Below the pieces are notes generated by a model that was not told where the DNA came from, did not search any database, and worked only from the letters and a program-made list of their open reading frames with translations. From NCBI GenBank assembly GCA_050633245.1, contig JBOEGD010000011.1, positions 160,001-224,000 on the forward strand: DNA of 64,000 bases. The letters are read 5' to 3'. Shown piece after piece: positions 9,629-19,653 of this stretch. This DNA comes from Calditrichia bacterium (GTDB lineage Bacteria; Calditrichota; Calditrichia; RBG-13-44-9; J075). Each line of letters starts with the position of its first letter. Positions within the stretch are counted from its first letter, which is position 1. Position numbers and translations under genes: made by a program.

Positions 9629-10969
9629 CTATTTTTTCAAAAAATTGCATGAATTAGCAGCATTCTTGCCACTAATAATAGCACCTTCTATTGTTGCAGG
9701 TAAGCCGGTAGCTGTCCAGTCTCCGGCGAGGAAAACATTGGCGATGCCGGTTTCGGTTTCAGGTCTGCTGAGTTGTGCTGAGCAGGTAGGAAGAAATGTA
9801 GCCTTCTTTTCACGTATGACCTTCCAGCCGAGAAAGTCTTTTGGCGAAAGATCGGGCGTGGCATATTTAATAGATTCTTCCAGTGCGAGTTGCTGGATTT
9901 CTTCGTTCGATTGACTACAAAGCTCATCGGCTCCGCTAATGACAAAAGCATAGCCAAAACCTTCACCGGAAAATGCTTGTTCCGGAAGCTCGAAAAGCCA
10001 CTGCAAGGGTGAGTGGGGGAGAGATACCGGAAATATTCCCGACAGTTTATAGCGAAGCCGAACATAAACTGTAACTATGGGTGAATAACGCCAATCAACT
10101 GCTTTAAAGGAACAGCTTCCGGTCAACAGGCGCTCTGTTACGTGTCTTGGCGTCGCCAGAATAGCTGCTGAGGCATGCAGTCGTTCACCAGATCGCAGTT
10201 CCAGCGCAACGAACTGATTCGCTTCTATAACAGCTTTTCTGACTGTTGAGGATAGTGAAACCCGAACCGATAGTCGCTGAAACGATTTTTGGAACCCATC
10301 ACTGAATATTTGATCGAGTCTGCCAAGCGGAATACCAAGGCCGCTTAGGCTGGTTGAAGCAAGAAATGCCTGGTTAAGCACCCGAGACATTAATAAGGCA
10401 CAGCACTGATCTATGGTGCCGTTGAGCGTTGCCAGACACAGCGGTTGCCAAAATATTTCGTTTAGCTTTTTTGAACCCTTCCCGCTGCATTCAAGCCACT
10501 CACGTACCGTCATATTTTCTAAATCACTTTCGCTAAATCGCTTTGACGAGATACCCCATCTTAAAAGCTGTATTCTGTCTTGCCATGAGATGGGCATTTT
10601 GACTAAAAGCGGCATTAGCAGATGAAGTGGAGCGGGAAGCTTCCAGGCATTAAAAACAAGCTGTTCTTTGGCTTTATTATTAAACTGGTAAGCAAGCTGG
10701 AGTTTGTGTTGTTTTAAAACGAGATGGTCAGTGCCGAGGTATTTGAGGATTTTATACGTTTCATGATAGCCATTGGACAGCACATGTTGACCATTGTCTA
10801 TCCAAAAATTGACGTCTTCAGCGTATGTCGAACGCACCCGTCCACCAAGATGTGGTGTTGCTTCAACAAGATGAACCGAAAATCCGGCTTGTGCTGCATA
10901 CCATGCTGCTGTGCAGCCGGCAAGTCCACCGCCAACAATCAGAATATCCGATTCAGCTATCTTAGGCAT
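9629..10969 (-). CDS. hpnE: Hydroxysqualene dehydroxylase HpnE
   Basis: FAD motif GGGLAG, 'IDNGQHVL', 'REKKATF', 'LAGDWTATGLPATIEGA'; operon with hpnC/hpnD. Confidence 0.88.
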   Translation of the reverse strand: MPKIAESDILIVGGGLAGCTAAWYAAQAGFSVHLVEATPHLGGRVRSTYAEDVNFWIDNGQHVLSNGYHETYKILKYLGTDHLVLKQHKLQLAYQFNNKAKEQLVFNAWKLPAPLHLLMPLLVKMPISWQDRIQLLRWGISSKRFSESDLENMTVREWLECSGKGSKKLNEIFWQPLCLATLNGTIDQCCALLMSRVLNQAFLASTSLSGLGIPLGRLDQIFSDGFQKSFQRLSVRVSLSSTVRKAVIEANQFVALELRSGERLHASAAILATPRHVTERLLTGSCSFKAVDWRYSPIVTVYVRLRYKLSGIFPVSLPHSPLQWLFELPEQAFSGEGFGYAFVISGADELCSQSNEEIQQLALEESIKYATPDLSPKDFLGWKVIREKKATFLPTCSAQLSRPETETGIANVFLAGDWTATGLPATIEGAIISGKNAANSCNFLKK

Positions 10970-11825
10970 TTTGAGCGGCAGGAGCTGATAATAGTTTTAT
11001 CCGCGAAACGGTCTTCATTGTAAGCCAGATTTTCGTGGGTTTAGAGACTTTTATAATATTGTCGAGAACGCGATATTGGCTATCATCTATTTTGGTTAGC
11101 AGGTGAAAATAAATATTCTTCATGATTTCTGAAACCAACATATTCCGCTGTTCGCTTTCCGGTAAGCAATTGTTGGCAAGGTCATAATACTGGTGAGCAC
11201 GTTCGCTTTGAAACTTCATCAGATCTTCAAAGTTCTGGCTATAGCGGTTCTCAAATAAATCGCTGCGATCGACGTTGAAGTTTTTTAGCTCTTCTTCCGG
11301 AATGTAAATTCGACCCAATTTTGCATCTGTGCCAACATCACGCATTATGTTTGTAAGCTGCAAAGCGATGCCGAGATTCTCGGCGTATTGCTTAATAACG
11401 GGATCGCGATAGCCAAAAATCTGTATGCACATAAGACCGACCACAGAGGCGACACGATAGCAGTATAGCTTCAGGTCGTCAAACGAGCGATAGTCCAGAT
11501 CGTTCAGATCCATTCGAACACCGGCTATGAGTTCCAAAAAGTACTCGAATGGAATTTTGAATCGCTCTGAGACTATTCGAACGGAATCAAAGTAATTACC
11601 GGCTCGACTGGTGAAGCAGTGTTTAAGGTCTTTTTCCCAGCTGTTTAGTTGGTTCCAGCGTTTCTCTGTGGGCTCATTTGTATCCGCAATGTCGTCGGTT
11701 TGTCGACAAAAGGCATATAGCGTATAAATTGCCTGACGCTTGTCTTTAGGAAGAAGAAAAAATGAGTAAAGAAAGCTGCTTTTGCTTTCCATCGTAATTT
11801 GCTGGTCAGTTTGTGTGTTCATCAT
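10962..11825 (-). CDS. hpnD: Presqualene diphosphate synthase HpnD (squalene/phytoene synthase family)
   Basis: 'SSFLYSF..LP', 'YAFCRQTDDIAD', 'YCYRVASVVG', 'LQLTNIMRDVGTD'. Confidence 0.88.
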   Translation of the reverse strand: MMNTQTDQQITMESKSSFLYSFFLLPKDKRQAIYTLYAFCRQTDDIADTNEPTEKRWNQLNSWEKDLKHCFTSRAGNYFDSVRIVSERFKIPFEYFLELIAGVRMDLNDLDYRSFDDLKLYCYRVASVVGLMCIQIFGYRDPVIKQYAENLGIALQLTNIMRDVGTDAKLGRIYIPEEELKNFNVDRSDLFENRYSQNFEDLMKFQSERAHQYYDLANNCLPESEQRNMLVSEIMKNIYFHLLTKIDDSQYRVLDNIIKVSKPTKIWLTMKTVSRIKLLSAPAAQNA

Positions 11826-12681
11826 ACCAGTGCCTGTTGAGAGTTAATTGCCCTGCGATCTTAAGCCAATCCCATTTGGATAGTGTCGGTCTGACCGAAA
11901 CCATATCGTAACTATTTTTTTTAATTTTGTCAAGGATAGATATCCCACCTGCGACCGTAAACATAAGTTCGAGCTTTAAGCGACCGCCTATGTTTTTCAG
12001 TAATGGGATGCCTTTACGAAACTCCCGTCTGGTATTATTCACTAATTCCATTGCCAGCTTTCGAGAGTCATTTGAGTTTTTTCCGTCAATAATATCTTGT
12101 TCGGATACGCCAAAGTGTCTAAGCAGATCCTGCGGTATATAAATGCGTTCTTTGTTTATGTCTACTGAAACGTCTTGCCAAAAGTTGGCTAGCTGAAGAG
12201 CGGTGCAAATATGATCGGAGTAGCGAAACAGCTCGTTAGAGGTATACCCGTGCAATCGCAAAATAAGGCGTCCGACCGGATTTGCAGAGCGGGAGCAGTA
12301 GTCGAATAGGTTCTCGATAGTTGTATAGCGGGTTTGCTCCAAATCCTGTAGAAATGCGCTAATTAAATTGTCAAACAGCTCAAGGGGAAGCGAAAACGTG
12401 TGGATCGTTTCTTTGAGCGCAATAAATACCGGATGATCAGGTTTACCGTTGACTGCCTGGTGTAGCATCTTTTGCCATTCCAGAAGACCTTCTTTGTCCG
12501 CATCCTCGTCTGCAAGGTCATCGGCATGTCGGGCGAACGCATAAATTGGGTAGACATGGCGGCGCACTTTCGCAGGAAGCAGAACTGAAGCCACCGGGAA
12601 GTTCTCGTAATGGCTTTCAGTAATCGCCTTGCAAGTAGCGTATGCCTCATCAATCGAAAAATCTTTTGCCAAACCCTTCAT
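11806..12681 (-). CDS. hpnC: Hydroxysqualene synthase HpnC
   Basis: 'HYENFPVAS', 'YAFARHADDLADE', 'YCSRSANPVGR', 'LQLANFWQD'. Confidence 0.92.
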   Translation of the reverse strand: MKGLAKDFSIDEAYATCKAITESHYENFPVASVLLPAKVRRHVYPIYAFARHADDLADEDADKEGLLEWQKMLHQAVNGKPDHPVFIALKETIHTFSLPLELFDNLISAFLQDLEQTRYTTIENLFDYCSRSANPVGRLILRLHGYTSNELFRYSDHICTALQLANFWQDVSVDINKERIYIPQDLLRHFGVSEQDIIDGKNSNDSRKLAMELVNNTRREFRKGIPLLKNIGGRLKLELMFTVAGGISILDKIKKNSYDMVSVRPTLSKWDWLKIAGQLTLNRHWYDEHTN

Positions 12682-12840
12682 CCGACATCCGTCTGTTTAT
12701 GCTGCGAATCTAAGGGATATAGACCTCTCAGACAACCTTCAATATTGTAATTCGGGATTTATCGTTTTTTCTCCGCTAATGTCTTCAGGTGAATGCTCCG
12801 AAAATTATTGTCATAAAGCGTTCAATCAAGGAGGATTGAG

Positions 12841-14859
12841 GTGGAGAGGGAGTTCGAAACGCAGGAACAGTCATTCCGCATATCATTTTTCAAACCAATG
12901 TATAGTTTGTTTGCCGGAGCATTTCTGATTTCGGCAGGACTGGCCTGGCTCATGTGCCTTCAGCAGGGCAAAGAGTTTGCGCTGCGTGAAAGTATTCGGC
13001 AGGAAGTACTGACCGGGCGAATCGCTCTTTTGGCTCTGAAGTCTGCTCAAACTTTGGATAAGGTTGAACGCAGTGAAGTTCAAAGCGAATTGCTGGCTGC
13101 ATGCGAGCGACTGACACTTGTGCACCAATCGTTTCTGATGGGGAATGACGCGGAAAATGTCCCTTCGGTAGCCGAAGCGGGTCTTGATGCAATCTATTTT
13201 GAGGCGCCGATTCAGCTTGATGAACGTTTGCGGAAATACATCGATGCGGCACAAGTAGTTGCCTCACTGGCTACAGTAAAAGAAATAAAGCGCAGCAAGT
13301 CGCTTGAATTTTTGTCGCGAGACTCGGCAGGATATCTGATAAACTCACTGCGTCGTGCCTCACTTGGCTATGAACAGTTTTACAGTCAACGTGGCGAATG
13401 GCTGCGTTATGCGGTTTTTTCGCTCTTTGGCATATTCTCTTTATTGTTATTTTTTGTTTATCGATACCAGCTACGCTCAATCCGAGGCCGAACGCATTAC
13501 CATCTTTATCGTTCAGCAGATATCTTACGCGATACCATGGGAATGCGGGATCAGATAAATTCAGAGAATCTGGCTTTTAGTAAAAAATGCGAGAATCTGC
13601 AGGCTGCGTTGGATTCTGCACGGGAAGGCCTGTTGATTATTGATCACCAAACCAGACGTCTGGAATTCAACAGGAGCTTTGTTGAGCTTTGGGAGATTCC
13701 AGACAATATTCTTGCAGTAGACAGCTATGATGGATTGCATGAGCATTTAAACCTGCGAATTGAAGATGCCGCTGCGTTTAATCTTAAATTTGTCTCTAGG
13801 GAAAAATTACCCAAGAAAGGATTGAATATTGCCGTTTCGCTAGTCGATGGAACAATTGTTCAGCTGATTACAGAGGATCGGGATTTTCCTACGGGCAAAA
13901 AGCGCGTTTGCATCTATCGGGTTTTTGAACCATCGGCTGGCATCGATCGCGTTCTTAAGGAGAAAATTACCGTTCTGCAAAGCATTGTTACTTCAGTCTC
14001 TGAAGGTGTTTTGGTCACCAATGCAAAAGGCCGCATAATGCAAATGAATACGATGGCAGAGCATCTATTACAACAGGAGATAATCTCCGGCTTACCCGGT
14101 AAATGGATAAAGCAATTTGGTTTTACGAAATACGGAACCTCTGAACCTGTCGAAGAGGAGGAGTTTCCATTGAGCCGAGCCCTGTCCGGCGTTTCAGTTA
14201 CCAGAAGTGATCTGAGTTTGCACCAGTCTAAAACCGAAGCGATCATCGATTTACGACTTGTTTCGAAGCCTCTGCTAGATGCTACAGGAAATGTTTTTGG
14301 TGCCATTCTTCTCATGCGGCCACTATCCGGAGAGGCGGATGATCTTAGTGTGCTGATACATAATGAGGAAGAACTTTCAAACGAAATGCGAATTACCAAT
14401 GGCGTTCTTACCGGAGCCCTCGATCATGACTTTAACGGCAAAATTCGTCGCTGCGATAAAAATGGTTGCGTCCTGTTAGGCTACAGCCCGGGCGAACTTG
14501 AACGCCTCACGGTTAAGAACATCTTTGCCAAACAAGCTGTTGAACAGGTTGGTCGGGAATACAAGGAATTGTCATCAAATTACCCGGTTCGCTTTCGCGC
14601 AAAAATGCTGACGCGGCAATTTAGAGAGTTTTATGCGGATCTTACCGCATCGATTGTTGGAGAGGGAGATAACCGGTTTGTGCGGGTTCAGTTTTATCGA
14701 GCTGTATTGCCTATCGAAGCACCTGCTGCTGCCGATTCGAGTGATGTGTCTGAAGAGTCTGAAAAACCGTCTGATTCAGATCCTCTGCCAGCGGAATTTA
14801 TCTCGGGAAATTCTGCCGAAGAAAAAGGTCCCGGAGAGTTGACATTTAGCGATTTGTAA
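12841..14859 (+). CDS. Membrane sensor-like protein: NarX/PilJ-like periplasmic domain plus several PAS domains, no output domain
   Basis: GGAGG RBS; two TM helices flanking a helical domain; PAS-like segments ('ALDSAREGLLII', 'VSEGVLVTNAKGRIMQMN', 'LLGYSPGEL'). Confidence 0.7.
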   Translation: MEREFETQEQSFRISFFKPMYSLFAGAFLISAGLAWLMCLQQGKEFALRESIRQEVLTGRIALLALKSAQTLDKVERSEVQSELLAACERLTLVHQSFLMGNDAENVPSVAEAGLDAIYFEAPIQLDERLRKYIDAAQVVASLATVKEIKRSKSLEFLSRDSAGYLINSLRRASLGYEQFYSQRGEWLRYAVFSLFGIFSLLLFFVYRYQLRSIRGRTHYHLYRSADILRDTMGMRDQINSENLAFSKKCENLQAALDSAREGLLIIDHQTRRLEFNRSFVELWEIPDNILAVDSYDGLHEHLNLRIEDAAAFNLKFVSREKLPKKGLNIAVSLVDGTIVQLITEDRDFPTGKKRVCIYRVFEPSAGIDRVLKEKITVLQSIVTSVSEGVLVTNAKGRIMQMNTMAEHLLQQEIISGLPGKWIKQFGFTKYGTSEPVEEEEFPLSRALSGVSVTRSDLSLHQSKTEAIIDLRLVSKPLLDATGNVFGAILLMRPLSGEADDLSVLIHNEEELSNEMRITNGVLTGALDHDFNGKIRRCDKNGCVLLGYSPGELERLTVKNIFAKQAVEQVGREYKELSSNYPVRFRAKMLTRQFREFYADLTASIVGEGDNRFVRVQFYRAVLPIEAPAAADSSDVSEESEKPSDSDPLPAEFISGNSAEEKGPGELTFSDL

Positions 14860-14994
14860 TACTCTGACTGTTCATCAGCTTCTCGCGACACGGCAGAAAA
14901 TTCATTTTATAAAGAATATTCTCATGCGCGCAAGACTTATGACGATGGTTAAAACATCGGAAAGTCTTCAAGTTACATTCTAAAATGTTCGGGG

Positions 14995-15858
14995 GTGGGA
15001 ATGATTTGGCGAATTTTGGAACGCACGTTAAAACCGTTAATGATAGCTGCCATATTATTTCTGTTAGTGATCGTTTTCTTCTACCAGGTTCAAAATATTA
15101 AACAGACCAAGACTGAGTATGCAGAAGCACAGGTTGTTTCAGTACAGCTTCGCCATTCTATCAGGCAAATTGGCAGACAGGCAGAGTTCCTTGAAGTTGC
15201 TCGTGAGCCAGCCGTTATCAAAAGCAAGCTGGTGACCATGCAAGGCTTCATTGAAACTGCTAAAATAAAGCATGAAAGTCTGCTCCGCGGGAATCCAACA
15301 CTGCAACACAATGCGCCAATGCCTGCGGATATCGCGGGTGTCTATGGTAGCGAACAAATAAATACGCACGCAAGGGTTCGCAATTATCTGGATGCCGCTT
15401 CGGAGTTGGTTCGCCATGTTAAAGCTGGAACCAGACCTCCTGCGATGTTAATGGCATCCCTTTACACCAGCCGAATTGATAAGAGCCTCACGAGGACAAT
15501 AAAGAAGTTTGCAAGCGAACGTGAAGTGCGTTATTCCGGAGGCGTTATTGCATTGCTTTGCGCGGTTGCCGGGTTGGCATTTTGTTTCAGCCTTGTGGTT
15601 CTCTATGTTAAACCACCGAGCCCGGACAAACAGGCAGAAACCTTCATACGTGCGTCGAGCAAGGTTGGAAGCGTGGCAAGTATATTGACCGATATGTCGT
15701 CTCTTCAGGAGATCAGGATTGCCCGGGATACCATTTATTATGAGCCGGAAACAGATAGCAAGATTGCATATCCCGCTTTGCCGCTGGAGGATCCGGTGAC
15801 TGAGCCAAAAGCTGTGCCCGAAGCGAAGCAGAAAGCCCGGGAAATTGAGTTTATCTAA
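14995..15858 (+). CDS. Membrane protein, paralog of the preceding periplasmic sensor domain
   Basis: Two TMs; 'HESLLRGN...Y...RVRNYLDAA' matches 'HQSFLMGN...Y...RLRKYIDAA' upstream. Confidence 0.65.
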   Translation: MGMIWRILERTLKPLMIAAILFLLVIVFFYQVQNIKQTKTEYAEAQVVSVQLRHSIRQIGRQAEFLEVAREPAVIKSKLVTMQGFIETAKIKHESLLRGNPTLQHNAPMPADIAGVYGSEQINTHARVRNYLDAASELVRHVKAGTRPPAMLMASLYTSRIDKSLTRTIKKFASEREVRYSGGVIALLCAVAGLAFCFSLVVLYVKPPSPDKQAETFIRASSKVGSVASILTDMSSLQEIRIARDTIYYEPETDSKIAYPALPLEDPVTEPKAVPEAKQKAREIEFI

Positions 15859-15880
15859 GAGGCTCAATATCTTACTATAG

Positions 15881-15916
15881 AAAAGGGAGCGGTCTGGCAG
15901 ATCGTTCCCTTTTTTT
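15881..15916 (+). terminator. Intrinsic terminator
   Basis: AAGGGAGCGGTCT-GGC-AGATCGTTCCCTT hairpin followed by a T-tract. Confidence 0.7.
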
Positions 15917-15977
15917 ATGATATAAAGATTTAGTCCGTTTGCCAATGGGGCGTAAAGTTCGTTATTATGATCATACG

Positions 15978-17066
15978 ATGAACGTACTTCATTTATCAAC
16001 AGCAAAGACCTGGCGCGGTGGTGAGCAGCAACTTGCATATTTGCTTGTTGAACTCCGCAAGATGGATGTTCAACAACAAGTTGTCTGCGTGATGAACTCT
16101 CCGATGTTTCATTTCTGTAAAGCGGAAGGTTTCGATGCCGTTGCGACAAGTAAAAAGAGCAGTCTCGATTTGCGCTATAGCTGGAGCATCGCATCTGCGG
16201 CAAGAAAATTCAGCCCCGAAATTGTCCACTCTCATGATTCTCATGCACATTCATTTGCGCTTTATTCAAAGCTATTCCGTCGATTTCAAATTAATCTGAT
16301 TGCCAGCAGACGCGTCGACTTTCCAGTAGGCCAGTCTATTAGTGCAAAGTGGAAGTATCGCAATCCCGAGGTGAAGAAGATCCTCTGCGTAAGTGATGCC
16401 ATTCGTGATATAATGTTGCGTTCGGTTGATAGCGAGCGATTGGCAACCGTTTACAGTGGAATCGACGCTGAACGCTTTCGGTTTTCTGCGGACGGAAGAC
16501 TGCGAAAGCTGGCAAACCTTTCTCAGAACATAAAGCTGATTGGAAATGTTGCGGCACTGGCTCCACACAAAGATTATCCAACGTTCCTTAACACCGCCAA
16601 ACAGGTCTTGTCCGAGCGAAATGACGTACATTTTTTCCTGATAGGGGAGGGAGGCCTACGTTCTGAACTGGAAGGGCTGTGTCGCGAATTGCAGATCGAA
16701 AAACACGTAACTTTTTGTGGTTTTCGGGATGATATTGAATACCTGTTGCCGGAACTGGACGTTTTCTTGATTTCTTCTGAAACTGAGGGATTGGGGACCT
16801 CAATCTTAGATGCATTTGCTGCTGGTGTTGCGGTTGTTGCCACTGCGGCAGGGGGTATTCCCGAACTGGTGTTGCCTGAAAAGACTGGTCTCCTCTGTCC
16901 CGTTAAAGATGAAGCATGTTTATCTAAGGCTGTTCATCGCATGCTTGATGAAGTAAATCTTGCCAAGAGATTAACTACAGGCGCTAAGCAGCATGTTCAA
17001 AAGTTTTATAAAGGTGAGACCGCTAAACGAACGTTGGAGATCTACAGGAATATTTTAGAGCGTTGA
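15978..17066 (+). CDS. Glycosyltransferase family 4 (GT-B)
   Basis: 'WRGGEQQ', 'SETEGLGTSILDA' (E-x7-E-like motif), 'GGIPELV'; ATG 15978 preferred to TTG 15939. Confidence 0.88.
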   Translation: MNVLHLSTAKTWRGGEQQLAYLLVELRKMDVQQQVVCVMNSPMFHFCKAEGFDAVATSKKSSLDLRYSWSIASAARKFSPEIVHSHDSHAHSFALYSKLFRRFQINLIASRRVDFPVGQSISAKWKYRNPEVKKILCVSDAIRDIMLRSVDSERLATVYSGIDAERFRFSADGRLRKLANLSQNIKLIGNVAALAPHKDYPTFLNTAKQVLSERNDVHFFLIGEGGLRSELEGLCRELQIEKHVTFCGFRDDIEYLLPELDVFLISSETEGLGTSILDAFAAGVAVVATAAGGIPELVLPEKTGLLCPVKDEACLSKAVHRMLDEVNLAKRLTTGAKQHVQKFYKGETAKRTLEIYRNILER

Positions 17067-17080
17067 CCTAAATGCCTTCC

Positions 17081-17839
17081 TCATTTCGGTGCCTTCGCAT
17101 TCTGCATTTCCCACAACTTTAAATATTTCAGGAAGACATAGAAGCTACCGGAAAGAGCGATTGTTAAACCTACAGTGCCGTCGAGAAACCCCTTCTTGAT
17201 AAGAAAGGATTTGATGAACTTGAAAAACGGATTTAGCAATAGCTTGGAAAGCGTTGCTCGCTTGCCTTTTTTTTGCAGTTCTTCAGCAGATATGGTTGTA
17301 AAGTTGTTTATGGTTTGAATATGCGCACTGACGTTCTCATAGGAATAGTGGTAAAGATCTCCGCTGAGAAATTCTGTAGCTGAGTTTATTTCAATGCGGT
17401 CGTGTGGATTGGTGCCGCCCCAGCTGGCTTTACGCCTGTCGAATAATCTCACTTTATAATCAGGATACCAGCCGCTGTGATTAATCCATTTTCCCAGGTA
17501 GTAGACTTTGCGAGCCAGGTGATAGCCACCGCATGGGAAGCCGGACTTCTGGGCTGATAGAATCGATTCTCGCAGCTCTGGAGACACTTCTTCATCGGCA
17601 TCGAGAGAGAATATCCAGTTGTTTGATGCTGTTTCCCGGGCAAAGTTCTTTTGCTGTATGTGTCCGGGCCAATCGCGCTGAATAACTTTGTCAGTATATT
17701 CACGTGCAATTTGCACAGTGTTGTCTTTACTGTGTGAGTCGATTACAATGATTTCATCGGCCCATTTTACACTTTCCAGACAGCGTCGGATATTTTTTTC
17801 TTCGTTAAATGTTATCACCGTTGCAGAAATTTTTTCCAC
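17081..17839 (-). CDS. Glycosyltransferase family 2 (WaaE/KdtX-like LPS beta-glucosyltransferase)
   Basis: 'ITFNEEKNI', 'SLDADE', 'GWYPDYKVRLF', 'GFLDG'. Confidence 0.88.
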   Translation of the reverse strand: MEKISATVITFNEEKNIRRCLESVKWADEIIVIDSHSKDNTVQIAREYTDKVIQRDWPGHIQQKNFARETASNNWIFSLDADEEVSPELRESILSAQKSGFPCGGYHLARKVYYLGKWINHSGWYPDYKVRLFDRRKASWGGTNPHDRIEINSATEFLSGDLYHYSYENVSAHIQTINNFTTISAEELQKKGKRATLSKLLLNPFFKFIKSFLIKKGFLDGTVGLTIALSGSFYVFLKYLKLWEMQNAKAPK

Positions 17840-18985
17840 TCAGGCCTCCATTTGTTTCTGTTTTAGCAAGTGGCGATAAATGTGCAGCGTCTCACGAGCG
17901 AATGTTTCATAGCTAAATTTTTGCTCTGCATGCACGCGTGCATTCTTCCCAAGTTGTTTGCATAGCGATCTGTCCTTTGCAAAGTCTATCAGCCTGGCTG
18001 CAAGCGCTTTCGCACTAGCCGCCGGGAAAGTGGCGCCATTTTCTCCGTCAATAATCATTTCCGGTAAAATATTAATTCTGCTGCTGATAACCGGTTTGCC
18101 CATTGCCATGTATTCGGCGGCAATTCGACAAATGACCTCAGATCCTGTTGAGCAGATCACGCCAACGTCAAGTGTTTGTATAATATCGCGCACGTCATTT
18201 GCTTTACCTAAAAATCGCAGGCTCTTATCTATCTCAAGTTCTCGTGCTCTTTCGATCAATTCATCCATGCTGATCTCAAAATCTTCGCCGCTAATTATAA
18301 ATATGCTCTCCGGGCATTCCTTATGCGCGAGCGCAGCAGCTTCCAGAAAAGTTACGTGATCTTTTACCGGTGAAAGACGAGCAATGAGTCCGAAAACGCA
18401 TGACTCCTCGGGAATCTGAAGCGCCTCTCGCATGTCCGATTGATATTCCGAAAAAAAATGATCTGTATCTACAGCACTATAGACAACGCTGCTTTTCTGA
18501 GCAAGGTGCGGCCAGATTTTCAGATAGCGATTGCGAATAGCATGACAGCTAAAAATGATGTAGTCTATAGCGGAGATGTGCAGGTGCCGGTTGATGGCAT
18601 TGTTCTTCGGTGCGCGAACGTCGCTAACGCTACGAATGAGAATTGGCTTGTCGCGAAGCTGTTTCCTTGCAAGATAACCAAACAGGACATCTTGCGGTCG
18701 ATGAGCAGAAATGATTTGAATTGATCGCTGCTTGATTGCGCTTTTGAGTCTTGTGATGCTCTTGCTAAGCGTGATAGGATTGTTGGACTCAAAGTCCAGC
18801 GTATCCAGAGTGTCAAGATGCCAGGCGGCAGCTTTTTCCAGTGGCGGACTTCCGGCGCGCCCGGCAACTAATGCAGAGTGTCCGGCTTCGTGAAGGACTT
18901 TGGCTAATGAAACGGCATAATAAGCATTCGCATTCCACCAGCGCACAGAAATCATCTGTGCAGAAGATGTAGGCAAGAGATCCAT
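17840..18985 (-). CDS. Glycosyltransferase family 4
   Basis: 'IARLSPVKDH', 'SEVICRIAAEYMAMGKPVI'. Confidence 0.85.
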   Translation of the reverse strand: MDLLPTSSAQMISVRWWNANAYYAVSLAKVLHEAGHSALVAGRAGSPPLEKAAAWHLDTLDTLDFESNNPITLSKSITRLKSAIKQRSIQIISAHRPQDVLFGYLARKQLRDKPILIRSVSDVRAPKNNAINRHLHISAIDYIIFSCHAIRNRYLKIWPHLAQKSSVVYSAVDTDHFFSEYQSDMREALQIPEESCVFGLIARLSPVKDHVTFLEAAALAHKECPESIFIISGEDFEISMDELIERARELEIDKSLRFLGKANDVRDIIQTLDVGVICSTGSEVICRIAAEYMAMGKPVISSRINILPEMIIDGENGATFPAASAKALAARLIDFAKDRSLCKQLGKNARVHAEQKFSYETFARETLHIYRHLLKQKQMEA

Positions 18986-19038
18986 TGGTGCAGAATATAG
19001 GCTGGTGTAGTGAAAGAGTCAACTTCCGGCAAAGATAC

Positions 19039-19653
19039 TCAGCCGCTGTTTGCGTTTAGTGCAGGGTGATTCAGTGCAGATAAATGTGAGTTATCATTAA
19101 GAATGCTGGCCTTCCAGCTGCCGGATTTGTAGTGAAAAAGATTGATACCCGCCCGCGTGGTGCGATAAACCTCTTTGTCTTCCGGATGAAGCCCCAGGAC
19201 ATGCCTTACAAACCAGGCTATTGCCGCGCCATGCGAAACGACCAAAGCGCTTTCGCCGATATGGCGCTCTGCAATTTCATGCATTGCCTCAGCCATGCGT
19301 CCTACCACTTCTTCACGAGTTTCGCTTTGCGAGTGCCAAGACAAAACGGGATGTCCTTCCGGGTCATCAGTATCACCCCAGCGTCCTTCGCGCAATCTGT
19401 TATCTGTAGAAATATCAAGGCCTTTACTGCTTGCAACCGGTGCGGCGGTGTCTATTGCCCTCCTCAAATCGCTGCTATAAACAGCCTGAAGAGGCTGAGT
19501 AGATAACCGCTGGGCGAGCAGCGCAGCCATATCATGTCCGATGTCGCTTAATGGCGTATCAATATGACCTTGGCGTTTTCCTTTGATGTTCCACCAGGTT
19601 AGTGCATGCGGCGTAATTATTATATTGGCTTCGCTCAACTTAATTCTCTCCAA
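19039..19653 (-). CDS. Histidine phosphatase (phosphoglycerate mutase-like) family protein
   Basis: 'H.LT.WN...QG..DTPL', 'YSSDLRRA', 'RLRE', 'VVSHG'; the RHG motif appears as PHA. Confidence 0.8.
   Translation of the reverse strand: MERIKLSEANIIITPHALTWWNIKGKRQGHIDTPLSDIGHDMAALLAQRLSTQPLQAVYSSDLRRAIDTAAPVASSKGLDISTDNRLREGRWGDTDDPEGHPVLSWHSQSETREEVVGRMAEAMHEIAERHIGESALVVSHGAAIAWFVRHVLGLHPEDKEVYRTTRAGINLFHYKSGSWKASILNDNSHLSALNHPALNANSG

Noticed and set aside
15448-16203. 251-aa minus-strand ORF and other long antisense ORFs (e.g. 46011-46646, 49157-49840, 5711-6190)
   Set aside because: Shadow frames opposite well-supported genes, with no recognisable motifs
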